Below are positions 33,419-42,694 of a DNA stretch of 64,000 nt, piece after piece; the stretch's first letter is position 1, and every line of letters begins with the position of its first letter. The notes below the pieces were generated by a model. That model made no database searches and was not told where the DNA came from. It saw nothing but the letters and a program-made list of their open reading frames with translations. Source of the stretch: an uncultured Acidobacteriaceae bacterium (GTDB taxonomy: Bacteria; Acidobacteriota; Terriglobia; Terriglobales; Acidobacteriaceae); assembly GCA_963774565.1 (NCBI GenBank), contig CAVZFP010000009.1, positions 64,349 to 128,348 of the forward strand, given 5' to 3'. The position numbers and the translations under genes were made by a program.

Positions 33419-34033
33419 ATGGTTTCAAGCAATTTTATTTTCTGGGAAGTGGATGCGCAGGCCGACTTCATGTTGCCCGGCGGAAAACTCTACGTACCGG
33501 GGGCGGAGCGGTTGCTGCCAAAGATTCGCCGGCTCACCGACGCGGCTCGACAGGGGCGAGTCTTACTGGTTTCGCATGGATGTTTTCATACGCCGAACGA
33601 TCCCGAGTTCAAGATTTTTCCGCCGCATTGCGTGAAGGGAACCGCAGGAGCGGAACTTGTTCCCGAAGCGCTGACTGAAAAAATTGTGCGGGTGCCGAAT
33701 GACGCGGAATCGAAACTTCCGGAAGATTTGTCGCAGTACCAACAAATCCTGCTGGAGAAGCAGACGCTGAATATTTTTGAGAGCCGGCACGCGGATGCTC
33801 TCGTGCGCCGGCTCGGAACTCAGGCGGAGTTTGTGGTCTTTGGAGTAGTGACGGAATACTGCGTGAGCTTTGCTGCTAAGGGTCTGCTCGAACGGGGACG
33901 GCGCGTGGCCGTCGTGCAAGATGCCATCGAAACCCTCAAGCCGGACGACGGAAAAAAGGCAATCGCAGAACTAGAGCGATGGGGAGCCCGACTGACGACG
34001 GCAGACCAGGCTCTCAAGGCGCTTGGCCGCTGA
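33419..34033 (+). CDS. Isochorismatase-family cysteine hydrolase (nicotinamidase-like)
   Basis: ORF 33404-34033. The ATG at 33419 lies behind aaggag. Motifs are FWEVDAQADF (catalytic Asp region) and VFGVVTEYCV (catalytic Cys). Confidence 0.75.
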   Translation: MVSSNFIFWEVDAQADFMLPGGKLYVPGAERLLPKIRRLTDAARQGRVLLVSHGCFHTPNDPEFKIFPPHCVKGTAGAELVPEALTEKIVRVPNDAESKLPEDLSQYQQILLEKQTLNIFESRHADALVRRLGTQAEFVVFGVVTEYCVSFAAKGLLERGRRVAVVQDAIETLKPDDGKKAIAELERWGARLTTADQALKALGR

Positions 34034-34049
34034 GAGCCTGGCCCGAACC

Positions 34050-34328
34050 TCAGTGATGGTCGTGGTCGCCGTGGTTGTGACGCCAGGTCCAGTATTCCTT
34101 TTGTTCTTCGGGAGGAAGTTTACGGAAGTCGCGGTGGGCGTCACGATGGGTCTCATCCGCCCAGCGATTGTAGTAGACAACTTCGTCGTTGTTCCACACG
34201 TGGTAGTCGGTGTAATAGGGATCGTATACGCGATAGGAATGGTGCTCGGAACAAGCCATTCCTGCGAAGGACGAAGTCAGCACGGCTGCTAGCAGCAGCG
34301 AACTCAACGGATGTAAACCACGGCTCAT
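34050..34328 (-). CDS. Small secreted His/Tyr/Trp-rich protein (~92 aa)
   Basis: MSRGLHPLSSLLLAAVLTSSFAGMACSEHHSYRVYDPYYTDYHVWNNDEVVYYNRWADETHRDAHRDFRKLPPEEQKEYWTWRHNHGDHDHH. It has a signal or lipobox-like segment and an RBS ggagag upstream. Confidence 0.5.
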   Translation of the reverse strand: MSRGLHPLSSLLLAAVLTSSFAGMACSEHHSYRVYDPYYTDYHVWNNDEVVYYNRWADETHRDAHRDFRKLPPEEQKEYWTWRHNHGDHDHH

Positions 34329-34426
34329 GTCTTTCTCTCCTGGAAAAAGGAACACTTCTGAGAGTAATTAGTTGCTGAAAAATCACACGTGGTTTCAGAG
34401 AAATCCGCGGACTGTAATAGACTACA

Positions 34427-35644
34427 GTGTCTTCGAGTGGAGGAATCACGTTGGCCGACCCGTTGCGCATGCTGTTGGATTTGCCGGAGCAGGAAAAAAT
34501 CGAACGCGGGCTGGAGCACACCCCCCGTGAAATCTGGCAACAGCCCGATACCTGGAGGAAAACATACCAGCGCTGCCAGGAGCAGCGCGCCGAGTTGAAT
34601 GATGTTCTGCGGCGGGCGGGAATCGGCCGCGGCAACACTTCTTCCCCCACGGTCTACTTGGTCGGCGCAGGCACGTCAGATTATACCGGCCGATCGCTGG
34701 CTCCGTTGCTGCGCCGGCGATGGAGTTGTGAAGTCTGGCCCATCCCCAGCACCACCATGCTTACTGAATTCGAAGAGTTCCATCGCCCGGGGAAAGAGTA
34801 TCTGTGGATTTCATTTTCGCGCTCAGGTGAGAGTCCGGAGGGCGTGGCGCTACTGGAGCAGGCGCTGGACCGGCATCGAGAGATTCGGCATCTGGTGATT
34901 ACCTGCAACCAGCTGGGACCTATGGCACAACTGTGCCTGCGTCATGCCGACCGGGCTTTCGCTCTGGTGCTTGACGAGGCGGTGAACGACCGTGGCGTGG
35001 CCATGACGAGTTCGTTCACGAATATGGTTCTCGCTGGGCAGTGTGTGGGGCATCTGGACGATGATGCCCAGTTCAGCGATGTGGTCGCGCAAACGAGCGA
35101 GACCGGGCGACGGTTTCTCCCGGTTGCAGCCGAAGCCGCGGCGGCCATTACGTTGTTCGGTTGTACGCGCACCTGTTTTGTAGGGGCGGGAGTTCTGCGG
35201 GCGGTGGCAGACGAATCCGCGCTGAAGGTGGTGGAACTGAGCGGCGGCAAAGTGACCACTCTGGCGGAAACGCCGCTGGGGTTGCGTCACGGGCCACTGT
35301 CGAGCGTCGACGGGCAGACGCTATTCGTGGCGTTCCTGTCGAGTGAGGCTCGGCGGCGCGGCTACGAACTGGATTTGCTGCGAGAGATTGATCGCAAGCG
35401 TCTAGGGCGGGTGCGAGCGGTGGTGACAGCGAGCGGGGGCGAAGATGCGTCGTCGCTGGTGGATTATTGTTTGTCTTTGGATTCCAGCGGTAATTTTCCG
35501 GACCACTATCGGCCGGTATTAGATGTCATGCTGAGCCAGTTGATCGGGCTGTTCGCCTCGATGCGATGCGGGCTGAAGCCGGATCAGCCAAGTCCCAGTG
35601 GAACCATCACAAGAGTCGTTGCGCCCATTAAGTTGTATTCGTAG
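34427..35644 (+). CDS. SIS-domain sugar phosphate isomerase (AgaS-like); start uncertain (alternative 34469)
   Basis: Intact 405-aa ORF with REIWQQPDTW near the N-terminus and two SIS-like halves (VYLVGAGTSDY..., CFVGAGVLRAVADESALK). Confidence 0.7.
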   Translation: MSSSGGITLADPLRMLLDLPEQEKIERGLEHTPREIWQQPDTWRKTYQRCQEQRAELNDVLRRAGIGRGNTSSPTVYLVGAGTSDYTGRSLAPLLRRRWSCEVWPIPSTTMLTEFEEFHRPGKEYLWISFSRSGESPEGVALLEQALDRHREIRHLVITCNQLGPMAQLCLRHADRAFALVLDEAVNDRGVAMTSSFTNMVLAGQCVGHLDDDAQFSDVVAQTSETGRRFLPVAAEAAAAITLFGCTRTCFVGAGVLRAVADESALKVVELSGGKVTTLAETPLGLRHGPLSSVDGQTLFVAFLSSEARRRGYELDLLREIDRKRLGRVRAVVTASGGEDASSLVDYCLSLDSSGNFPDHYRPVLDVMLSQLIGLFASMRCGLKPDQPSPSGTITRVVAPIKLYS

Positions 35645-35766
35645 AAGCGAGAAGTCAGAAGTCAGAGTGAAAAAGTAAAAGGCAGATTTCAGATTTCAGA
35701 TCGCAATCAATCTGCAATCTCCCGATCCAAAATCGACAGTCCTGAAATCTACATTCCGCAATCCGG
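35645..35766. repeat. Word-like low-complexity REP cluster between the SIS gene and the radical SAM gene
   Basis: agaagtcag occurs twice and cagattt 2.5 times. gcaatcaatctgcaatct is present, and cctgaaatct is the inverted copy of agatttcagg. The same style of element occurs at 5051-5163 and 37030-37064. Confidence 0.6.
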
Positions 35767-35809
35767 TTCTCACTTCTTCCTCTTGACTTTTGCATTTCCC
35801 ATCTGGTCG

Positions 35810-36925
35810 CTAGACCGCTGTGCTGGCTTCGCTTCCCGGTTCATAGGGACAGAACGGGTCTGTGCCCAGGGCGTCGCCGGTATAGGCAAAAGCCCGTGCC
35901 CGCGATCCTCCACAAATGTGGCTATATTCGCAGGCGCCGCACTTTCCGTGGAACTGGTCGGGGGAGTGCAGGGAGCGGAACACCTCAGAGTTGCGGTAGA
36001 CGTCGACCAGAGAGCCGGTACGGACGTTGCCGCAGCGGAGCGGCAGGAATCCAGAAGGATAAATATCTCCAAGGTTCGAGACGAATACGATGCCATGTCC
36101 GTCACGAATCTGAAAACCCTTGTAGACCGACGTTGCCTTCATATCAGGCGTGGGCATGCGGGACGAGCGCATCATGTCAATCGCGATGCGGCGATACGAC
36201 GGGGCCTCGGTGGTTTTGATGGCGAACGGCGACTGGCGCGAGAGATCGAACACCCAGCGCATGATAGATTCGCCCTGTGCCGGTGGGACCTCATTCAAGG
36301 CCTTGCCCCGGCCGACTGAGATCAGGAAGAACAGGCTCCAGCGCATGACGGGAAAACTGGTGCGCAATAATTCGTAAATGGCGGGCAGATCGTCCGCCGT
36401 CTCTTCCGCGACCAGAGTGTTGACCTGAATGGGCAGGCCGAGGTGTCCGCAATGGCGGGCCGCTTCCATGGTGCGTTCAAAGGTTCCCGGGACGGCGCGA
36501 ATGTTGTCGTGCTTCGCGACGCAGGAACCGTCGAGGCTGAGTCCCAAGCTTTGAATTCCGTGTGCCTGCAGCTTGGTAATGGCGTCGTTGGTCAACTCGG
36601 GAGTGGCGCTCGGGGTAATGGAGACTTCCAGCCCGAGCCCGTTGGCGTAGTCGATCAGCGGGTAAATGTCTTTGCGACTGAGGGGATCGCCTCCGGTCAG
36701 GATCAGGTGCGGGAGGGGATCGCCGAAACCGACCAGTTGGCTCAGGAACCGCTGACTCTCTTCGGTGTTGAGTTCGAGCGGATGCGCCGTGGGCATGGCC
36801 TCAGCGCGGCAATGTTTGCAGGCCAGACCGCAGGCCTGAGTCATCTCCCAGTAAACCAGCATGGGATTTTTGGAGAAGTCATGAGCCCCGCGGCCCATGC
36901 TTGGAGTAGTGCTGGCAGCGACCAT
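35810..36925 (-). CDS. Radical SAM/SPASM-domain protein (AhbD/PqqE-related maturase-type enzyme)
   Basis: ORF 35810-37027, with the ATG at 36923-36925 behind aaggggga. The CxxxCxxC motif is in TQACGLACKHC. A GGDPL motif is present. The C-terminal SPASM-type Cys cluster is GKCGACEYSHICGGSRARA...DPFCPY. Confidence 0.8.
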   Translation of the reverse strand: MVAASTTPSMGRGAHDFSKNPMLVYWEMTQACGLACKHCRAEAMPTAHPLELNTEESQRFLSQLVGFGDPLPHLILTGGDPLSRKDIYPLIDYANGLGLEVSITPSATPELTNDAITKLQAHGIQSLGLSLDGSCVAKHDNIRAVPGTFERTMEAARHCGHLGLPIQVNTLVAEETADDLPAIYELLRTSFPVMRWSLFFLISVGRGKALNEVPPAQGESIMRWVFDLSRQSPFAIKTTEAPSYRRIAIDMMRSSRMPTPDMKATSVYKGFQIRDGHGIVFVSNLGDIYPSGFLPLRCGNVRTGSLVDVYRNSEVFRSLHSPDQFHGKCGACEYSHICGGSRARAFAYTGDALGTDPFCPYEPGSEASTAV

Positions 36926-37351
36926 GATGTTCCCCCTTCGGCGAAGCCCACAAGCAAGTTCAGGGTAAGTTCCGAGATGGAAAAAGGCTGTGATTAGGAT
37001 CACATAGGGTCGTGACGAACTTCGCAACAGCAGTGGCCAGGGGCCAGTGGCTAGTGGTCAGCGGCTGGGTTGTCAATTGGCGGCAGGCCACGGGAGACAC
37101 ACATGCAATGAGGGCGAGCGGAATGGTGGAGGTGTCCCAGCATCCGAGTGAGATGTCCGTCTGCGTGTTGGATTGCGCGCGTTGATATCACGGAGTGATT
37201 CGCTAGCGCGCTTGGCTTGGTGGTGCCCACCTTTCGAAAACCGCGAAAGGTGAGGCGGCCAAAACTGTAACCAAATTCATGAGAAGGAGTTGGGCCAGCC
37301 CCGCACACACCGGTGTGTTCACACTCGGTGCGCGGGGCAGTCGAACGGCCG

Positions 37352-39388
37352 TTATTCCTCAGAATGCGCGTGCACGAAGTTCCAGCCGTTGGGTGTGCCC
37401 AGGCCCGTCGCCTGGTCCCAGCCCGGTCCGCTCGGGAGCGTGGAATCCGAGCCGAAACTGAGGACGAACCAGCGCGTGGAGAACGGGCTGTTGTAGAGCG
37501 CGCTCATGAAGGTCGGCTGGTTACTCGAGCGGCGCTGCCAGTTCCGACGAATTGATCGGGATACTTCCGCCCGCATCGTGAATCATGCCCGTGACGTTAT
37601 GCCGGGAGCTCTGGTTGACGATGTCGGTAATCGCCTCGGACGGGAGGCGATACAGACGCGGCGCCGCCTGCCCGAGCAGATGGTGTGCGTGCTGCGTGGT
37701 AATCCCCCACAGCGCCGAGAACATCGGGCACGAGGCGCTTGTGCCACCGACCACCTCGATCCCCAGATCGTTCTGCGCGTCCACGCTGTAGATGATCTCG
37801 ACGACCGGTGTACGGATCCGCGACCCAGGAAATATCGGGCGTGAGACGGCGATCCCCGGGGACGGCCGTGCTGGTAGAACGGCTTCGGGTAGGTGTCGCT
37901 CGCACCACCCGTGCCGCCGTACACGAAACCCTCGTTGGAGGGTGGATCGAGCGGCGGGCTCCCGAGCGAAACCTTGTCCGCGATCTCGGTGATGGTCGTG
38001 CCCCAACTCGTCTGCCAGGCGATGTGCTTTTGGGCGTCAAGGACAACGCTCACTCCGCCGATTCCCGTCACGTAGGGCGAACTTGCGGGCCAGCCGGTGG
38101 AGGTATAAAGCCCGCCGAGTTGACTGGCGTTGTCGCCGTAGTCGCCCGTGCTGAACTGAATCGACATGGCCAGCCGCGCCGATGGCTTTGAAAATGTTAT
38201 CGATCGCGCTGTAGAACTCGGAATCGCCGGCGACTCCGATATCAAAGCCGCTCCAGCTGTTGGAGATGGAGACCACGCCCGGTACCGATGCCGCCTGAAG
38301 GATGCCCGCGAACAGGTCGGTGAAGGAATTGGTCGGCGTGACCACCAGAACGATTTTCGCGCCCGGGGCGACCGCATGCACCCACTCAACGTCGAGGGTC
38401 GTCTCGGTCGCCCAGCCGGCATTGGCATCGGACGAGAAATTCGATTCGGTCGGCGTGCCAATGACGTGAAGTCCGGCGCGGGAAGGCCCATGTATGGCGA
38501 GAACGCGGCCACATCGTTGGCGATCGTGGTCGAGCCGTAAGCGTCGACGATGGCGATGGTCGTGCCTTTGCCGGTCAGGCCGTGCTGATAGAGGGGCGTC
38601 AGATTGTAGGCCGTCTGAATGTCGCTCGGCTGGTAGCCGCAAGGCGGGAGCGTTCGGCGGCCCGTTGGTGATGGGTGCGCCGTAACGGTTGCCCTGGTAG
38701 CTCGCGGTGGTGGTGCCGTCGGCAGAAGTGAACTCTCCTGGGTCGGCGGGTAGAAGCACTGCGCCGAGAAGACCAGGCCGTTCGGCTGGGCGCTGAGCGG
38801 CATGTGGCTGCGGGAGCATAGCCCTCGGCATCGGCTGCCGTTGGATACTTGTGGCGGCCTTGTTGCCGACGCGTGCGATTTGCGGCTCCGGCGCGAGATC
38901 GACAGGCCGCTGACGCGCGGCAACCAGCGGGTACGAGCGCAGTCGGCAGAGTCGACTTGCGGGCGCTGGCGCGGAAGGTGCGCCCGTACAGATTGTACTG
39001 ATGCAGCTCTACGTTAAACGTGCTCTGCACGCGCTCCGCGGCTGCGCTGGCTCTCACGAACAGGTTGTCCTGGCCGTGCCGGTTACCGTGAATCCCTGGG
39101 CCTTGAGGAAGTCCGCGACCTTGGCAACTTCTGCAGGAGCTCGGCGCGTGCTGCGCGCGGACTTGTTCGCATGGAAAGGTAGCCGGCCTTACCCGCCTGC
39201 TGCGCCGCCACCAGGGCGTCGAGACCCTGCTGGTCGTGCAGTTTCATCCAGATGGTGATCTCGATGGGGCTTGCGGCATTCACCGGGCCGAGGTCGGTTG
39301 CTCGGAACAAGAACGACTGGGCGCCGACGGCAGTGGTCGCGGTTAACGCCCACACAAAAATAAGAGCTAGCACTCGCGCTGGTTTCAT
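37352..39388 (-). CDS. S53 (sedolisin/kumamolisin-like) peptidase with pro-domain; at least four apparent frameshifts, possibly a pseudogene
   Basis: The signal peptide and pro-domain are in ORF 39083-39478 (MKPARVLALIFVWALTATTAVGA...). Further pieces are in ORFs 38599-39057, 38037-38831, 37583-38923 and 37521-38006 (GGTSASCPMFSALWG, the catalytic SGTS-type motif), and 37352-37576 (...GWDQATGLGTPNG). Confidence 0.7.
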
Positions 39389-39642
39389 GATCGAGTCCTC
39401 CTTGGTCCGCGGGCAGGCAGACGTTGCTTTCTGAGTGTTAGGGCGAAGTCGGCCAAGTTCAGGCCAAAACCGGCCCAAGGCCGAGAGACGATTCCTATAT
39501 CAGTGCCGAACCTGAGTGTCAAGAACAAAACGACGCAAAGCCGTTAAGGACGGGCATTTCCGCCGATTGGGTAAGCTTATGTTTGTAAACAAGCGAGGTG
39601 TTGGAAAACTCTTCGAGGTATTTCAGGCGCAAAATGCAGCTT

Positions 39643-39686
39643 GTAAATAAAGGCCCGGGTCTACGGGTGAGCACATAGACCCGGGC
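39643..39686 (-). terminator. Rho-independent terminator (minus strand), ~170 nt downstream of the cytochrome c gene
   Basis: An 11-bp perfect stem gcccgggtcta (39653-39663) / tagacccgggc (39676-39686). On the minus strand it is followed by ctttattta. Confidence 0.6.
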
Positions 39687-39855
39687 GGGCTGTTCCGTTT
39701 GATGGCGGACCATAGAGGGGAATCCGGCCAATCCGGCTTGGAGGCCAGAGCGTGCCGGTGAGCGGATCACTCACCCTCGATCATGTCGCGGATGCCTCGT
39801 TGGGCAGCGCGGAGTTCGCCGTTCGGAACAGCGATCCCTACCTCTGAACCACTGA

Positions 39856-40191
39856 CTACTTTTTCTGCGCTTCGCGGATGTAGGACACGACCATCTTGGT
39901 CTGGTCCGGGGTCACGCCCTTGTTGGCGAATGCGTGCATTGCTTTCTTGTCCTTGCCGCCGGTCGCGATCATGTCGGTCAGATCGGCGTCGGAGGCTTTC
40001 TTGGCATCGTCAGAAACCAGGCTCGGAATCTTGGCAGCCGGTTTCCCTGCGAGGTCCGCACCATGGCAGGCCGCGCATTTTGCTTTGTAGATGGCTGCGC
40101 CGTCATCGGCGGCCCAGGAAAGGTTGGGCAAAACGAGGAACAACGCGACGGCGATCATCGCGATCAGGATTACGAGCTTCGTCATCTTCAT
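39856..40191 (-). CDS. Monohaem class I c-type cytochrome (111 aa), exported
   Basis: Intact ORF with a signal/TM segment (MKMTKLVILIAMIAVALFLVLPNLSWA) and a single CAACH motif. A downstream Met (KKAMHAF) is the candidate sixth ligand. Confidence 0.85.
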   Translation of the reverse strand: MKMTKLVILIAMIAVALFLVLPNLSWAADDGAAIYKAKCAACHGADLAGKPAAKIPSLVSDDAKKASDADLTDMIATGGKDKKAMHAFANKGVTPDQTKMVVSYIREAQKK

Positions 40192-40331
40192 GATTGCTTT
40201 TTCCTTTCAGAACCTTACTGGTCTCGGTGGTTCGTCGGCGCTGAAGCAGGAGAATCTCGCAGACGACTTTCGAGGGTGGAATGAGAATGTGTAATCGTCA
40301 TGCAGTTTCTACGGAACCGAGGCGGTTGGTC

Positions 40332-40347
40332 AGTGATTGCCGTCACG
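40332..40347. promoter_or_regulatory. Weak CRP/FNR-type palindrome in the divergent cytochrome c / hemA control region
   Basis: aGTGA-ttgccg-TCACg matches the core of TGTGA-N6-TCACA (8 of 10 positions). Confidence 0.25.
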
Positions 40348-40593
40348 CCGAGTCGTGATCGTGGTGGGAGGCTAAGTTCGTATGGCGCATTTAGGATCGC
40401 GTCAAAAGACTCGTGATCCGCGCCATATGCCGCACTGCCGGTGTCACGATCTCTTCCTAATCCTTGGTCGGCAGCACAAATCACTGAAAACACAGGGATT
40501 CACCTCCGGAGTCACCCCCGGATCTTTGGCAAACCGCTTGCGCTTCCATAGTTGCAACTTGCGCCTGAGGTGTTCGTCTTGGAACCTACGCTC

Positions 40594-41922
40594 ATGGTGA
40601 TCGGCCTGAACCACCGCACCGCACCGCTAGCCATGAGGGAACGTTTTTGGATCGGCGAAACGCGACGCTACGAAGTCCTGCGGCAGCTAAGTAGCGCCGA
40701 AGGCATCGAAGAGGTTGTCGTTCTATCGACCTGCTGCCGAACGGAATTCCTGGTATGGGCCAGCGAGCCGACTCTGGCGGCGAATTCGCTGCTCCACTTT
40801 CTGGGTGTCGAGCACGGGTTGAAGCTGAAGGAGTGGGAGCACTTCTACCGCCTGCTGGATGAATGCGCCCTGACTCATATTTTTCAAGTCACCTGCGGCC
40901 TCGATTCCGTGGTATTGGGCGAGCCCCAGATTCTGGCACAGGTGAATGCGGCGTGGGAGCAGGCGCGAACCGTAGGTGCCGCAGGCCGCTTCCTGAGCGC
41001 GGTGCTGGAAAAAGCCTTGAGCATATCTAGCCGAGTGCGTCATGAAACGGCAATTGAGGATCTGACCGTCTCGATTCCGACGGCAGCCCTCGAACTTACC
41101 CGCGACATTTTCGGATCTTTGACTGGCCGCAGAATTTTGCTGCTGGGAACTGGGGAAATTAGCGAACTGACGGCCCGCGAGATGGTCGACAGAGGGGCCG
41201 GTTCGGTGGTGGTGATCGACCAATCGCCGACGCGAGCCCAAGAATTGGCGGAGAAGTTGGGAGCAACCGCGGCTACCCTGGCTGATCGCTGGAACTGCAT
41301 GCTGCGCGCGGATATCGTAATCAGCGCGACCGGCTGCCCGCATGTGGTTCTGACTCGCGAGGAAGCGGAGAGAATCGCAGTCGAACGCAACCGTGTGCCA
41401 CTGCTCCTGCTGGATATCGGCATGCCGCGCGACGTGGAGCCCGATGTACGCCGGGTCGACGGAATTCTGCTCTATGACTTAGACGGACTGGAGCGGGCGG
41501 TCAAGAACAATGCCAACGACCGTACGGCTGCGGCCGCGGAAGCGGAAAAGATTGTTGCTGCGGAAGCCCAAGCTTTCCGCGGAAAACTGCAGGCGGAAAG
41601 CGTGGTGCCGACGATTGTGGCGCTGCGCCAGCGCCTCGATGAAATTTGCCGGCAGGAACTGGAGTCCTTCACAAAAGAGCGGGGGCCCTTTACGCGGGAG
41701 CAGGATCAATCACTTCACGCAATTACGGCGCAGGTCATACAGAAGATTGCCAGCTCCCTGGCTCGCGAACTTAAGGAAGTTCCAGAGAAGGAGGAACAGG
41801 AGCGGATGACCGCCGCGGTCACACGCCTATTCCACCTGCAATCGCCGCAACGGGCGGCTGCCGGCACCATATCGGAGAGAGAACATGACCGAAGGAAAGA
41901 CCAGAGAGTTGCAATCCCGTAA
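40594..41922 (+). CDS. hemA: Glutamyl-tRNA reductase
   Basis: ORF 40552-41922, with the likely start at ATG 40594 (MVIGLNHRTAPLAMRERF). It has the catalytic-Cys region VLSTCCRTEF, GEPQILAQV, and the NADPH-binding LLLGTGEISEL. Confidence 0.9.
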   Translation: MVIGLNHRTAPLAMRERFWIGETRRYEVLRQLSSAEGIEEVVVLSTCCRTEFLVWASEPTLAANSLLHFLGVEHGLKLKEWEHFYRLLDECALTHIFQVTCGLDSVVLGEPQILAQVNAAWEQARTVGAAGRFLSAVLEKALSISSRVRHETAIEDLTVSIPTAALELTRDIFGSLTGRRILLLGTGEISELTAREMVDRGAGSVVVIDQSPTRAQELAEKLGATAATLADRWNCMLRADIVISATGCPHVVLTREEAERIAVERNRVPLLLLDIGMPRDVEPDVRRVDGILLYDLDGLERAVKNNANDRTAAAAEAEKIVAAEAQAFRGKLQAESVVPTIVALRQRLDEICRQELESFTKERGPFTREQDQSLHAITAQVIQKIASSLARELKEVPEKEEQERMTAAVTRLFHLQSPQRAAAGTISEREHDRRKDQRVAIP

Positions 41923-42580
41923 ACCGGTCGCAAGAGGACCTGTCGGAGATCTTGCGAGCGACAATTCAACGAAACCGTGGACAGATCGGCAAGCCTATTT
42001 GCTGGCGGTCTTCTGCCTATTACTGGGAGTGGCGCTGGGATATCTGTTTCGTGGATCAGCGTCGCCCGTGGTAGCGCGGTCGGCGGGCCCGACGACTACT
42101 CAGCAGGGAACCGACTTCCAAAAGCAGCTGCCTGATTCCAACGAGCAAGCTGCCTTGGCGCAGGCGGCGGCACCGCTGCTCGATGCGGTGAACAAAGATC
42201 CCAACGACTTCGACTCGTTGGTGAAACTTGGCAACCTGTTTTACGACGGAAAGCAATTCCCCAACGCAATCCAATACTATGCACGGGCGCTCGCCATTCA
42301 TCCGGATAATCCGGATATTCGCACCGACATGGGCACGGCTTACTGGTACACCGGGAATGCCGACAAAGCCCTGGAAGCAATGGAGACGTCTCTGAAATAT
42401 CGGCCGGGGCATCCGCAAACCCTGTTCAACCTAGGTTGGGTGCGCTGGCAGGGCAAACAAGATCCCAAGGGCGCGATCGAGGCGTGGCAGCAATTGCTCA
42501 AGGCAAATCCAGACTATCCGCAGCGGCAGCAGGTCGAGCAGTACATCGCCAAGGCAAAAGAGCACGCTTCACGGGGCTAA
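41885..42580 (+). CDS. TM-anchored TPR-repeat protein (CcmI/NrfG-like chaperone architecture), paralogue of 61655-62446
   Basis: Intact 231-aa ORF with one TM helix (AYLLAVFCLLLGVALGYLF), a low-complexity linker and three TPR units. It aligns clearly with the C-terminal half of the 61655 gene (LGNLFYDGKQF.../VGNLYRITHQF...; RTDMGTAYWY/RTDMASCLFY; NLGWVRWQGKQD/NLGLVRWKGKSD). Confidence 0.75.
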   Translation: MTEGKTRELQSRKPVARGPVGDLASDNSTKPWTDRQAYLLAVFCLLLGVALGYLFRGSASPVVARSAGPTTTQQGTDFQKQLPDSNEQAALAQAAAPLLDAVNKDPNDFDSLVKLGNLFYDGKQFPNAIQYYARALAIHPDNPDIRTDMGTAYWYTGNADKALEAMETSLKYRPGHPQTLFNLGWVRWQGKQDPKGAIEAWQQLLKANPDYPQRQQVEQYIAKAKEHASRG

Positions 42581-42631
42581 ACAATTTCGATCCATTGGCG
42601 CTCTTTCATAAAAACTCATAGCGGCGCCACC

Positions 42632-42658
42632 GGGCTTCCGAAGAGGAAGCCCCTTTTT
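42632..42658 (+). terminator. Rho-independent terminator after the TPR gene
   Basis: gggcttcc-gaaga-ggaagccc is an 8-bp stem with a 5-nt loop, followed by cTTTTTgc. Confidence 0.7.
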
Positions 42659-42694
42659 GCTTCTGGAAGCGCCGGTGAATAACGGAGATCGCTT

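Noticed and set aside
35645-35766. Tandem short repeats considered as a possible CRISPR array. The same question was asked of 5051-5163.
   Set aside because: The repeat units are 7-14 nt, directly adjacent or inverted, without spacers of uniform length, and there are no cas genes. They fit REP or low-complexity elements rather than CRISPR.
37051-37308. The 85-aa ORF between the radical SAM gene and the S53 peptidase, considered as a possible RiPP precursor.
   Set aside because: The region is made of REP-like hairpins, such as cacctttcg-aaaaccg-cgaaaggtg and cagtggccaggggccagtgg. The ORF has no RBS, and the peptide is a read-through of repeats.
39690-39855. A possible SRP, 6S or other housekeeping RNA downstream of the cytochrome c gene.
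   Set aside because: There is no match to the conserved SRP domain IV sequence (GGUCCGGAAGGAAGCAGCC-like) or other cores I can recognise by eye. It is kept only as a low-interest finding.
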